The translations under genes were made by a program, and so were the position numbers. A stretch of 63,809 nt of DNA, filler included, from Choristocarpus tenellus KU-1152 (lineage: Eukaryota; Protista; Phaeophyceae), in the NCBI GenBank assembly GCA_964200185.2. It is 17 parts of 17 records of this genome, joined end to end, with 100 filler letters (N's around TTAATTAATTAA, not from the genome) between each part and the next. Parts side by side here need not be neighbours in the genome. Positions count along the whole stretch, not along the records: positions 9,558 to 16,027 come from CAXNAD020008071.1; positions 16,128 to 18,836 come from CAXNAD020025433.1; positions 18,937 to 21,652 come from CAXNAD020025358.1; positions 21,753 to 24,555 come from CAXNAD020024613.1; positions 24,656 to 27,498 come from CAXNAD020024263.1; 12 more parts are not named here. One strand, written 5' to 3'. Shown in pieces: positions 13,483 to 26,178 of the stretch. Position 1 is the stretch's first letter; each line of letters starts with the position of its first letter. The notes under the pieces are model-generated. The model was not told the DNA's origin and made no database searches. It was given only the letters and a program-made list of their open reading frames with translations.

Positions 13483-15356
13483 GTTTAGTTTGGCTCAGAT
13501 TCCCAAGCAGGGACTTCCCCGATGACTGATTGAGGTCCTCAGCGAGGTGCGGGCCAAACTTCTCCTTCTCTGCTGCTATGACGACTGTTAATTCACTGGT
13601 TGCCTGTGGCCATCAACAACTACGATCCATCCCGTTTTTGAGACCTTGGTTTGTCTGCTTCCTTTGGGTAGAACAATGGGACTCTTGCTTGCCAAGCACA
13701 AACGACTTTATTAATTGACTTCTGATAAGTTTTACCATTGCTTATTATACGCGTAACCACACCTATTCTTTTTTGTTTGCATCGAAGTTTCTTGCCTGGC
13801 CGCCCTTGCTACCAAGATACAGAATAATAATAAGTTTCTCATTGGTCAGTGCTGTCCCGAGGTAGGACCAAGATGTGGATCAAAACTGGCCTTGATGCCT
13901 TACAATTGGGAACTACTCACCCTCCCAATCAGTGCTCAACTCCAGTGGCAAACCTTGCTCAGACTTAAGAGTAGTCCACACATTATACATGTAAAGTAGG
14001 AAGCAAATCAACATTGTTTAGACACCAACTCCTCAGGTACATTTTTTTTTTGTCAACTCCCAAATAAAAGTTCGTAATATATACCCCTTAATGAGAGATT
14101 AACTTGCTTTTTCCAGTACCCCAGCTACATCATATTGGTCAGTAAAACAGAATCCTACTACTTTCCGCAAAATACTTATATATATATATATTCCTGTATG
14201 TGTGTGCCTTCTTAATCTTCATGAAATAATGATACCACCAGAAAACACGACAAAGGTTGATGATGCAAGTCAGGCTCCAACAGGAGTCACATGGGGGAAA
14301 AAAAATGCCAAGGTGAAGTAAATTAAATGCGCATTTAGCAGACACGAAATGTGCAGACAGACATCACGCCTTCGAAACAAAGAGCAGTGATGACTCCGCT
14401 CTTTCTACCCTCTACCTTGAGGGCTAGAACCCCAAGGAATCACCAACAGCATCAAAAGACCCAAGGAATTATCATCCACAAGGTATACCTCCTCGCACCC
14501 CACTTTTTTGTCGCAATGAATTCTACAACAAAACACAATATATATGAATAAAAATAACCATTGGCACAAAATACACAACACATGCAGTATACCCTTTTTG
14601 TCACTAGGTATTACCCTCCATCCATATATGTTTAATTGACTAAAAAAAACAGACATCAATATTGAGGGTAACTACAACCACTCTACTAGAGTCATGATGC
14701 TAGCTAGCCCCCTCACCAGCTGCAAGAGGAGATGTTACCACAGGCTTACAAAATATGCACTAGCAAAACGATACAAACATCATCCCCATTGGAAATCAGA
14801 CTTGCACTTTGTCATTCTTAAACCACTACACCCACCTACCAGACATTCAGACAGGCAGACAAAGGAAAAAAGAAGAAGAAACTATATACCACCATAAAAA
14901 AACAAAAGACAAATGAAACTCCATGCTTCAGAAATCCGACACCCCCCCCCCCCCCAGCTGACTGCATAAACCCATAACATCCAAGAAAAAAAAACAAAAA
15001 CCTCCAAAAACTGCCAACAAAAAAGCACTCACAGATAACCCACTCCATGTACACGGTTGGTCACAAAGTACAGTCAACCATACAAACCTTGCAGAGCAGT
15101 CAGAGACGACTGAGCTCCTCTCTTCACAAGTGCACCTACAGTGGCACAGATCAAACAAAGTTTCAGACCCTGACCCTACACACTACTGCACGGGGGTTCC
15201 TTCAGGCTCTTCCAAAGATAACCGATGGCCTGAACGTAGCTGCTATCCTGTCACACAAGACAGCGAGACGTTGCTGAAGGTGGCATTCTCTGAACAAGCA
15301 AGGGCACCGCCCTCATGGGAGAGCAAACGCCCTCTCTAAGGCCCTTTTTAACAATG

Positions 15357-15464
15357 CTAGAGGTCGTCGTATAGGTCAGCATACTGCCCCGAATCTGTCC
15401 GATGAAATGACTCTTCCTCATAATCATCATCTGGCTCTATATCTACAACTGTTGCTCCACCAAC
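15357..15464 (-). CDS. Possible acidic last exon of an unknown gene
   Basis: CCAG acceptor then VGGATVVDIEPDDDYEEESFHRTDSGQYADLYDDL*, exactly 36 codons. Confidence 0.35.
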   Translation of the reverse strand, partial: VGGATVVDIEPDDDYEEESFHRTDSGQYADLYDDL

Positions 15465-16209
15465 CTGGTTGATAACTCCAAACCTTGAGGGTTCAATCAT
15501 TCATTCAGTTGGGGATGGGGGTGTGGGGGTGGGAAGTTAGCAGGATGGAAACACACACAAAAACCCCAAGCAGGATGAACAAAAAACGCTCTGCAGTTGT
15601 GCTACTTGAGAAGTCTCAGGGGTAGATACTTAGTATCGACAACGGGTAGGGCACGTTTCTGGCTACTGTGGTTATGTTTATTTGCAAATAAGCTGTCGTT
15701 ACTTCAGATTAGAAAGAAAAAAAAAGAGTAACGACGACGACAAAGTTAAGGCCGAAAAAAGCACAGAAATACATACAGTTTGTACATATACAATGGAATC
15801 CAGGCCACACTGTACTTAAAATTCAAGGATGTCCACTTCCTGCATCATTCACCCACCTCAAAGCCGCAATCCCAAATTTCATAGGACTACAGACAATAAA
15901 TATTATGCACAATGGTCAACGTTACACTTCTAAAAGGGTACGTATGTGTTAGGGTACAGTTGAGTGGTAGGAACCCCTACTACCCATCAAGGCATTGTCC
16001 TATCGAACACTGAGATGATATCACTGTNNNNNNNNNNNNNNNNNNNNNNNNNNNNNNNNNNNNNNNNNNNNTTAATTAATTAANNNNNNNNNNNNNNNNN
16101 NNNNNNNNNNNNNNNNNNNNNNNNNNNCTGCTCGGTAGCTCAGGGGTTTACTAGTGTTTCAACAGAACATGCACAATTGAGGCGGCGAGAGAGTCGAGAG
16201 GGTAAACCG

Positions 16210-18807
16210 TCAACATGGTACAAATTTCCTCCTCCGATAGAATGTATGGGTCTTTCGCAGCCTCCTCCATAGAGGGAGGGTTGGAATTCCTTGCCACAAT
16301 GGAGTCAATATTCCAAGCTCATCTTGCAGCTTGAGTTCCTTCATCTTCATCACCGACAGCTCCAGAACAGCCTTCTCGATGAAGACCTCCTTCATGTGCA
16401 TTCACTTGGTGAATGCAATTTTCTGTTTTTCACTGCTGAAGGGGAGTTGGTCGGTGTCACCTCCGGAGGGGCTGGCCACCTTCACTGTTTCTTCGTTGCT
16501 TTTTTTCTTCCCTTTCGAGGAAGGTTTCTTCGTCTGAGTGGTGTGCTCCTTCTTGGGACGGACACCCTTCAGTGTTCTGGAGAGCTGAAGGAGGCGAATT
16601 GCATATAGAGTGGCCAAGGACAGAAGTAGGATTTTGTGAGCATTTTATTTCAGTCCTCGAGCGAATACTTTGGTGTATAATGAGGTACTGTTGTGGAGTG
16701 CAGAATGTGATATCTATTTCGTAAAAGTCCGATTACCAGGATACACGAATGCGCACTCGTTCTACATTCTCGGTATACTTTGGGGGTATAAGGAACGCTG
16801 CGTACAAAAGATCACACCACAAAAGGATGCTACAAATTCATTCTGTGGTGTAGTTTTATTTGTTTATTGTGACAACATGCGCTTTGAAGTTATCTTACAT
16901 CGAGAGTCAGATTGAAAATCTTTATGTTAATTAAAACTCTCTCCCTCTCTATATATAGTATGTTATGAGAATTTTGGTCGTTGTGTAGGTACTCTGGATG
17001 ATTCAGTGGGAAGCACAATGATCGGTAAATTGATAGTCATCTGTACATAGGGTCGATGATGAACCCTCGCGGATTCGGGCCTTACCCATTCTTCCGGAAA
17101 ACTTTCTTTCCCGGACACATAGGACAGCGAGAGCAGGTCAGTTGGCAAATTTTCTGCCACCTTCTCCGTGAACATAGCAGCGGCTGCCTCCACGATATCC
17201 TTCCACTTATAGCCTCGCGGTTAGTCCTCTTCGAGGATGCCAGGGCCTTTGACAGCCAATATATCTGTGCACATTCGGGCAAAGTATTGCATCCTGGTCT
17301 GCTTCTGGACCTACGCACAGGGAGGGACGAGGATAAAGTCTTTGTGGACGCTTGCATGACGATATGATTCGAGGCACACGGAACACAAAACTAGTGAGGG
17401 CAGAGACAGTCGCCACCCAGTGTGAGAAGAACATGGATCCTTTGTCGTAAACATGCTAATGCGCACTATGTACGAAATAGACAACATCCGCGGAACACGA
17501 CTGCTTTCAAACACTCGCAAGGAGATGAGTCTACAACAGAGATTCTCAGTCATCGAACACACCTTTTCGATTTCCTCGTGCCAGAATGGATGATACCTTG
17601 TCATATAATTAGGAAGGGATCTGCCTGATCAGAACCGGTCGTGCTTCGGAAACAACCTTGCTCTAGATGAGGTCTCTGGTACAAACATAAACGGAATCAA
17701 GCTGGAAAGCGCAATGTATGCCCTGAAAGGACCAATTTCTTCGATCGAAAAGATGTATGAATAAAAGATTTGTTGCCCTACTTCATCTGTATGAATAACT
17801 TTTGGCATTTTGTTACGAGGAATTCAGTGTTATCCGGAAAAAGGTATATCCCTCGAAAAAATGACTTATTTCTAGTAAGGCATTAGAACGTTGAAAACTT
17901 AGCAAAGACGATGAAAATGATCGGATACGGTCCTTCCTACTGAGAGTAGACACATTCGTCCCACCTACCTGTTGTGTGTAGCCGTGGCTGAATCCGCCGC
18001 TGTTCTTCAAGGAGTAGATGGCGGCCTCGTGGTTTGCGTCCCAGAGCACAGTGAAGGAAGGTATGAACGGCCCTGAAGTCGAACTTACCCTGTGTGTCGA
18101 TTTACGCAACATTGTTGAGGAGAGGGCAAGGACAGAGATGTCATATATTCTGAGGGTGCGAATAGACTTGGTCATATCATAGAGTCACACCGTGTCTGCC
18201 TAAGTATTTCTATCGAGGTATGAACTCTACATACTAAACAAATATGTGAACCATCAAGGTTTGTCTGTCATCTGCGGAAAGCGAAACTGACTTGGCTCGC
18301 TGTGGTTGGGTGAATGGTATATTCGGTCAGAAGAATTCCGGGTTGTATATATTAGTGAGGAAGTTTTTTTGTTCTGCATGTGAGATGGTGGGTTCATTGA
18401 CTGTGCAGCCGAATTCCATCGACCGCGCGTTGTTCACATTGCATACTCGAATGTTGTTACTGACATGCTGGAAATGTGACGCGCTTACATCGTTTGTGTT
18501 CCTCCTCTTGTGATCCTGCCATACACCGCGCAGAACTTTCTCGAATTCATCAGTTCCTGATGACAGAGTGATGAGGTCGGCAAATGAGGGATTCGTATCG
18601 TTGGATGAGAATTCATGGGTTGTTCGTGTCGACCATAATACAATCCCAAAATCATTCATTAGTGGTTGTTTCCTTACCTTCATCTGCACATATCTGGGCC
18701 AGAGACGCGATTGCGTTGTAGAACTGGTTCGCTGTTCCGTAGCTGGCACTGTTGAGACCACTCTCCAGGTTGGTATCCACCCATGCCTCTTTTAGGAACG
18801 CGGTTAT
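16210..18807 (-). pseudogene. Two tandem decayed intronless ORFs of unknown origin (candidate endogenous viral element)
   Basis: About 600 codons of near-continuous frame (18807-16963) broken by point stops and frameshifts, an AT-rich spacer, then a second ORF (about 16643-16210) with one in-frame stop. No microsatellite-laden introns; rich in CpG. Confidence 0.45.
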
Positions 18808-18836
18808 GGCTCAAAGTATCTGGGAGGGGGTGTCGG
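18808..18836. mobile_element. MITE B terminus truncated at contig end (others at 21753-21817, 27481-27498, 27599-27703, 31161-31230, 34877-34921, 55549-55582)
   Basis: GG(C/A/G)TCAAAGTATCT-G-run or its reverse complement, directly at contig edges. Confidence 0.75.
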
Positions 18837-19028
18837 NNNNNNNNNNNNNNNNNNNNNNNNNNNNNNNNNNNNNNNNNNNNTTAATTAATTAANNNNNNNN
18901 NNNNNNNNNNNNNNNNNNNNNNNNNNNNNNNNNNNNTTTTTTTTTTGCCATGGTGTTTGTTGGTGTCATTTCAAAAAAAAAAAAAATTTTTTTTTTTTTT
19001 TTTCCCCCCCCCCCCAAAAAAAAAAAAG

Positions 19029-21561
19029 GCGAGTCGAAAGGGTCTGTTGCTGTTTGTGGACGAGGCAGACGCCTTCCTACGGCGTAGGAACACTGAGCAC
19101 ATCAGTGAGGACCTGCGTAATGCCCTCAACGCCTTCTTGTATCGTACAGGGGAGTCCACGGTGAGAGGGAGGCTTTTTTTAGAGCATTACAAAGTACCCA
19201 ATCTGTTTTATATTTTCTGTCCTTGTTTATTTTTTTATATAGCCTGTGTGGGTGGGTGAGTGGGTGGATGCTCTTTTTACTGAATTTTTCTTCCTTTAAT
19301 ATATATATATATTATTATATTTAGTTGTTTATTTTACTGAATTGTACTATTTTTTTATTCTGATGTATGTATGCGTGTTATCTTTTGTCGTTGAAGCTAA
19401 TAAAAATATAAATAAATAATAACAAATAATTTATTCTTTATTTATATCAAATGTTTTCAATTCATCCCTATCCATGATGATACGGTCCGTCGCCATTCCC
19501 CCCCAAAATAATAATAATAATAAAAAAATCGATGGTTGTTTTGTTCGGGTTTTTTTTTTAATGTTTCCAGTGTGTATCTCTGAGATTGAAAAAAGTGCTC
19601 ACTCAAATCATATTCTGATCACTCAAATCGTACTCTGACTTTTCTCAATCATAAAAGGGTCTGGCCGATGATTCTTGCCCTGCCTCCATCCCCTCCTTTG
19701 TCCTCAACCCCCCCCCCTCCGTGCACACTTGAGCACGCAATTTTCCCTTCATTTTGAATCACATGTTTTCTGTTTCCCTTCATTCGTCCCTGCCCTCGGT
19801 GGTTTATGGTTAAATTTTCATTAAAATTTTCAAAGTGCTGTAGCATGATGGAAGCTAAGCTAAGCTAAGCAAGCTATGATATGTACGTGTGTGTGTGTGT
19901 GTGTATAATATACATACATACACCCACTGGTGTGTTGACAATGGAATGTTAAATCCCAAGCCCCTCTCCTCTCTCGAGTCTCTCTCTATCTAATCCCGGC
20001 GTGGCCGGTTACGCTTTTCTTTTTATTTTATATTATTACATTCTATTTTATATTTATACTGTTTGTGTGCAAGAGACCGGACTTCCTCGAGAATTAACGT
20101 CAGTCTTTTTTTTTTTATCAATTTTTTTGCTGTGCACTGGACATTGCTATCAATTTTTTTGAGAGAAATGGAGTGAACGTCGATGCATCAATTTTTTGTT
20201 TATTTTTTATTTTTCCTCTTTTTTTTTCGGGTGTGATTGGAATGAAATATAACCGTCGAGTTTCCATTGGAATGAATTATTAAAAAAAAAAAATACTACT
20301 GAAATTTATTTAACTCTTTTTCAGATCATGGAATGACCTTTTTCTGTTTGAAGCGGCCCTAATCCTAATCCTAACCCTAACGGCATATATATATATATAG
20401 GCATAGGTGTGTATAAAATTTAAAAAAGTAATGTAATCTTTTTTATACGATTTTTTTTTTAATTCCAGGACAAGTTTATGCTGGTCTATGCATCAAATCA
20501 ACCGGAGCAATTTGATTGGGCAGTGAACGATCGTATCGATGAGATGGTGCCTTTTGAACTTCCAGGGAAAGAGGAACGCCTGCGCATGTTGAACCTGTAC
20601 ATGAAGCGGTACCTGCTTGACCCACCTGGGAAGGCGAAGGCGATCGATGTCAAGGGGGTTGAGGTTAGTCACCTCTCTCTTCTTTTTTTTTCATCCTCTT
20701 CAAGAAACAGTCGTAGGGTCAAGGTGGTTGTTGTTATTGTTGCAATTGGTTTCTTATTGCTTTCTGAGGACAATTTTTGTGAGTGGTTTTTTGTTCTAGA
20801 GTGGTTCTGTTTTGTGGTGGGGTGGTAAGGTCCTTCCTGTCGGTAGATTTGTTTTGGAATGGATCATTATTTTTTTATTATTGTTAATAATATTATTATT
20901 ATTATTTTATTATATTGAGGTGCTTTGGTTGAGAGAGTTGAGAAACATTTGATATCTCTTGACAGAACGTTATCGGAACGGTGCTACTCCGCTTTTGGTT
21001 TTTTATTGTTGTGTGTGTGTGTGTCATGTCTCTCTGTATGTCTTGTGTTGAGTACTGTAGTTGGTGGATACTTTAATGAATGGCTGCTTTGCATTGTATG
21101 TGTGAATGTAACCCTTGCCCTTACCTTAGAGTACTCTGTCTGTGGTCTAGAGAAGTTTCTCAGAACTTTCTCGGTGGATGTGCAAAGGCTAGAACAAGGT
21201 GTTGAGTGTTGATTGAGTGTTGAGTGTCTGATGTTACTCTATCGCAGGAAGGAAAAGTGTTGATTGCTTTGATTGCTTTGGAGGGTGTCCCTCTGTCAGG
21301 TGGTTAGGGAGGGGTGTTTGCGCTGATACAACTCTGATGTTGGTTCTTCTTGTATTCCCTCTCTCTCACACTCACTCTCTCTGTCTCTCTGTCTCTCTGT
21401 CTCTCTTCCCCCTCCAGGACCATCACCTTGAGGATGTGGCGGTTCGAACTGTAGGCTTTTCCGGTCGAGAGATTGTGAAGCTAGCGATTGCGTGGCAGGC
21501 AGCTGCATACGGTATGGTGGACTCCTCCTTTGGCCCTGCACTGATGGAGGAAGTTCTGCAG
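19029..21561 (+). CDS. ATAD3: ATAD3-family mitochondrial AAA+ ATPase, three internal exons
   Basis: Exons 19029-19160, 20469-20663 and 21418-21561, all phase 0: [16 protein letters not shown] (Walker B)...[13 protein letters not shown]|[29 protein letters not shown]...|[20 protein letters not shown]. Confidence 0.95.
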
Positions 21562-23924
21562 GTGGGGGCGGGGGGCGGGGGGGGGGGGGGGTTGGTATTA
21601 TTTTTTTATCTGTGGATCATCCTCTTTGGTTGGTGTGGCTTTTGGGTGTACTNNNNNNNNNNNNNNNNNNNNNNNNNNNNNNNNNNNNNNNNNNNNTTAA
21701 TTAATTAANNNNNNNNNNNNNNNNNNNNNNNNNNNNNNNNNNNNNNNNNNNNTTTCCTGGTTGTTGCCCAAAATGGACGCCCTGGTGTAGGCCCCCCCCC
21801 CAGATACTTTTGAGCCTTTTTGGAATGAACGAGGTCCTTATTTCGCAGAAACCGAAGCAGGCTGTTTGTTTAAGGCAGCACAGACAGCGGGCAAGGAGTT
21901 CTGGGTTAAAACAGGTTGAAGCATTGGTGCGACAGTTGCCAGTAGACTATTGACAACCTCTTGGTGAGGCAGCGAAGTTTGGCTTGATACCTCATCGTGC
22001 ATGGGTGTCCTGTTCTGGTGAGGTAGTCCTAGCTCCTGCCGAACGATCGGGGTGTCTGTTCATGGATAGTGGCGCTGATACACTATGTAGACCACCAGTG
22101 GAGGAAAGGCAGAGCCATATGTATGTTTCCATATATTTGGGGTGAGCTGTACGCAATGTTCATGTATTGTAGGAACTTGATATTGGATTATCAGTGATAT
22201 ATATGGTACATATAATAAAGTAGTACGAATAGCTTCACCGTCTGTCGCAATCTTGCTTTTTTTCACTGTCGGACCAGGAGAGGTATGCAACAACATATAT
22301 ATATCAAATGAACGCTTATGCCAAGAGGGGTTGAAGATTTGTATGCAGGAATGTATTAACTCCAGTGAACGGGAACTATATCCCGATCAAAGAATGGCAA
22401 ACACGCGGGGGAACAACTCCGGTCCAATTTTGATGGTCACAACCTCAAAAGGTATAATATTGAAGTCGTTGACTGAATTCCCAGCAAAAAACTGGTCCGG
22501 CATCGACTCTGCCTAAGCCACGGTGCGATTGACCCTACCGAAAAAAAAGCAAGATTCTCGGACATCCTCTTACGCCTCTTGCAGACTTTCTGTGAACACA
22601 CACACAGGTGACCCACACAGCAATATGGACCACGATGGTGAGAAAAGGAGAGCCGTCAAGGCCACTCTGCCCCCTGGATCTATCCTCGGCAACTTCTCTG
22701 ACGAGAGGCAACAGAAAAGCAAGTACTGTGTGGGACTCAGTGCGATGTTAGGTGACAAGAAAGAGCATGTAATGTGGCGCAGCAGCATGATCAAATCTCG
22801 AAATGGACCACACAGTCGCGACATTGACGCTGAGAGAAGATGCTTCGAAAGCATAACCTCACAAACGTGGTTGGGTCTTCATCCACGTCGGAGCACTGCT
22901 CTGCAGTCTCTGAGGCCTCTGGAAAGCAGGAAGAGAGCAGCGAGTCCATCACCAGGTGTGGTACAGTGACAAAGTCTGTGGGGAAGCCTGCTCTCGGCGG
23001 GCAAAGGGAGAACCAGAGTGACCAGGCGAAGGGAAGGTTGGGGAGGAGAGCAGTGCGACTGCATCCCATTGCGCTCAGGAAACGCCTAAGCGAAAACCTG
23101 GGTGTAGAATATCTTTGTAGTTGACAGTTGCAGCAGGCCCTAGCTGTTTGGAAACTATGTGATGCAGAGTGGCTTAGGAAACGAGAAAGAAGGTGTTAGG
23201 GTTGGGCTACAAGGACTCTGAAGCCCGAAAGAAGGTAACCCATTTCCGGCGCTCATTGAGGAAATGTGATAGTAAATGCTCTAACACTGCGAATCCTGTA
23301 CGTGTGTATGAACGACGAGAAATACTGTCAAACGACGCTCGAGATGCCAGGCGCATAAGTTATTGGTACCACTATACGTTGATGGTATTCTTTTCTGACT
23401 ATCCATGTGGACGTTGCAAATCCCACATGGTAGTCTGCACCTGTCTCACCCCATACGTTCAGTCAGTGGAACCGAGACCAAAAGATCCTTGTAACATTTA
23501 TATTGTATATCTATACCAAGTCATTTATTGTCCTCTATCAAGGCACACAGTCACAGGTCCAGTGTGGAATAGTTCAACTGTTTCGGCTGAAGCAGCGAAA
23601 GGGTGTGACATGCTAGCAAACATAACACGCGCACCTCCCATGGTGTCTAAACCATTGCGAGTCTTGTCCTTGTACAATACAGCTTTTGTAGCTTTTTGTT
23701 TGGCTGAAACAAATGCAAATTGGTCGCTTTGATTAGATTATTCCTTTATGAGATCATCAAACATTTGAGTGTTGCCCCGAGGGTCTTACCAAGGCCATAA
23801 TGCTTTTCACTATAGTTTTCACCTAGAAACGAGAAATTTCATTGGATTTGGGTAATGAAAAATAATGGGCAGAAAATGGGGAGATGATAAAACTTCCGAT
23901 AGTGAATTTCATTTTGCGCAAAGG

Positions 23925-23990
23925 GAAAGTTTATGAAGTAATCTGAGTTTTGTGGGCAGAAGAATTCTGGTTGGTTGGGGGCACAGGACA
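23925..23990. repeat. Dispersed repeat family D (reverse-complement copy at about 61294-61356)
   Basis: aagtttatgaagtaatctgagttttgtgggc...gggggcacaggaca versus tgtcctgtgccccca...ttacttcataaact. Confidence 0.75.
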
Positions 23991-25018
23991 AGGGAGGAGG
24001 CACATAGAGAAGGATAAGAAGTAAGCAGGAAGGGAACGAATAGTTCGGGATTGAGTGGCTAAGAGAGGGAGGAGAGAAGTTAAAGAAATGAGTGGTAGGT
24101 GGAAGAAGAGGGGAGAATGGAATGGTCAGTATTGAAAAGATCGCTGAGGGCTAAGGGTACAAGACGAGGAGGGCTAGAACAAGACAACCTCTGAGTAAGC
24201 TCTAGCTGGAATAGATCAAGGCAGAACCCAAGCAATCTTTCCGACACCTGGAAGAGAGAAAGGCCCGATGGAAAAGGTGGGGGTGCTTGAGAAGCGGATA
24301 CTGAAATGGTAAGAAAAGGTCCACGAGGTAAGGGGGCTGGTGACTGTGACTATGAAAAACATTGTGAATACGTGTATTGTAGGAAATGGAATATGGATGG
24401 TGAAGTGGGTAGATTCAGACACAATGTAAGGAGTATCTGGGGAAATCCATAGAAGAAGAAATAACGAAAGGCTGATCAAGATGTTATGATGGAGTGAAAC
24501 TGTTAAAACATAGGCTACTCATTTGTTTATTCAATGATAGGATACAGTTCCACCANNNNNNNNNNNNNNNNNNNNNNNNNNNNNNNNNNNNNNNNNNNNT
24601 TAATTAATTAANNNNNNNNNNNNNNNNNNNNNNNNNNNNNNNNNNNNNNNNNNNNATGCGCGTGAGAGCATAGGTCGTCATCAGTCGGGTGTGGCGGGGG
24701 GTTAGGCTTCAGCGTTTGTACAGGCGAATGAAGTGTGCCGCTGTCTGCATTTCCATGGTAAAGAGGACAATGGTGCCCACAAGAAATCTCCTCTTGCACC
24801 GGTGCGCTGTGCAGTCTACCTTGGACCTTGCTCATCTCGCCCCTCCAACACCTTTACCTCATGAGTTGTCTGTGTCAGAGCGCCATGGCCAACCGCGTGA
24901 GTTGTCTGTGATCCCTGGACTCACATCCCAGTTCTCTTTGTTTCCTGTTCGAAAGCGAAGGCCAGTAAAGCTGACCGCATGTGTCGCCAATGCAGTGGCT
25001 TTGACGGAAAATAGTTCA

Positions 25019-25298
25019 GAGTGAAAGCATCTTAGAGGGTACGAATTTGGCCCTGTTTGTCCGTGTGGGGCGTGGGCTTCCAACGGGTTTTTCAATGGCA
25101 TTGTACCTACTCCAAAATGTTTTGGAGTGGGTAAAATGTATACGTTTTGGAGTAGATATGAATAGTTGTGCCCAGAACAAGGATATTGACACTTCCTAAC
25201 AAACATGATAGCCAAAATTACGTCAAAATTGCAACATTGGATTTTGGCCCCCAAACGGACAAATGGACGCGACTCTACCCTCTAAGATACTTTGACTC
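25019..25298. mobile_element. MITE subfamily A, complete, TCA target-site duplication
   Basis: tca|gagtgaaagcatcttagagggta...taccctctaagatactttgactc|tca. Confidence 0.9.
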
Positions 25299-26050
25299 TC
25301 ACATAGACTGTTCCGCGTACCTAGCACGTGGGAAATGCACCTATGCAAACCCCTTGCGCTTACTCCGCAGCGTGTAGGATATATATATATATATTATAAA
25401 TGTTTGTTTCTGCTGTGCATTGTAGAGCAAGCTTATTTTATTTTTTATTTGTGCTCTCATGACGGTCAAGGCTAACAACAGAAATTCCAGCCCCTATTAT
25501 AACCATATCTTGCGCAGTATGGACTCTCAGGTTTGATTCATAGTGGCGGTACAGTCATGCAAGGATTGAAGGTCAGACAGTAGTACCATGCGATAAGCGC
25601 TACGTACACAAATATGGCAGTGATTACATCACTTGACCCACTTGGAACATCCGCCCAGGAACACCCGACACCCTCAACCTTGTCATCAACCTGCAATGTT
25701 TGTCAGTAAGCAACCTAGGTTCTTCCTCAGCTTTGAACAGAAAAAATGTTTCTTCGAAAGTCTCGTACCATTGAGACACTCTGCAGAACCCATACCTTTC
25801 CCTTGAGAAATTGACATCTCCTTCTGAGACTTCCTAAAAAAAAAATCACACGCCTCACGAAAACATTCCGCTTGACGTACATGGGAAAAGATGTGCGATG
25901 TCGTTCAGAACACCATCACCATCTACAAAATTTTCCACCGGCACGCCACCTTCCTCCTCCTCCTCCTCCTCCTCCTCCTCCTCCTCCAACAACAACAACA
26001 ACACGCACATACGTTTTCTACACACCACCTTTTCTCAATGCAAAAGCCAG

Positions 26051-26178
26051 AAGATGCTACGTCTTCTTCGGGTGACTGTAGGCCGGGCACGTAATCTTCA
26101 CGGTGCAGATGTTGGAGGGACCAGCGATCCGTACGTGGTGGTCTCCGTGGTAGGCATGAATGGAGCACACACTTGGAG
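26051..26178 (+). CDS. C2-domain exon (partial gene)
   Basis: CAG|KMLRLLRVTVGRARNLHGADVGGTSDPYVVVSVVG...|GT: canonical C2 'L.VTV..A.NL...D..G.SDPYV'. Confidence 0.85.

Noticed and set aside
18950-19028. A/T/C/A homopolymer block before the ATAD3 acceptor
   Set aside because: Lies at a contig edge where homopolymer lengths are unreliable; the AG itself is canonical.
22400-23300. Possible pogo/Tc1-type DDE transposase remnant ('RPLCPLDLS')
   Set aside because: Only one weak motif among many stops; cannot be supported without a search.
24000-24500. Purine-rich tract possibly a Penelope-like RT remnant (similar texture at 2380-2700, 44190-44680, 56960-57300)
   Set aside because: Motif recoverable only by assuming several frameshifts; too degenerate to call.
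25950-26005. Poly-P/S/L ORFs from (CCT)n(CAA)n; likewise (GAT)n at 38288 and (CA)n tracts
   Set aside because: Intronic microsatellites producing spurious ORFs.
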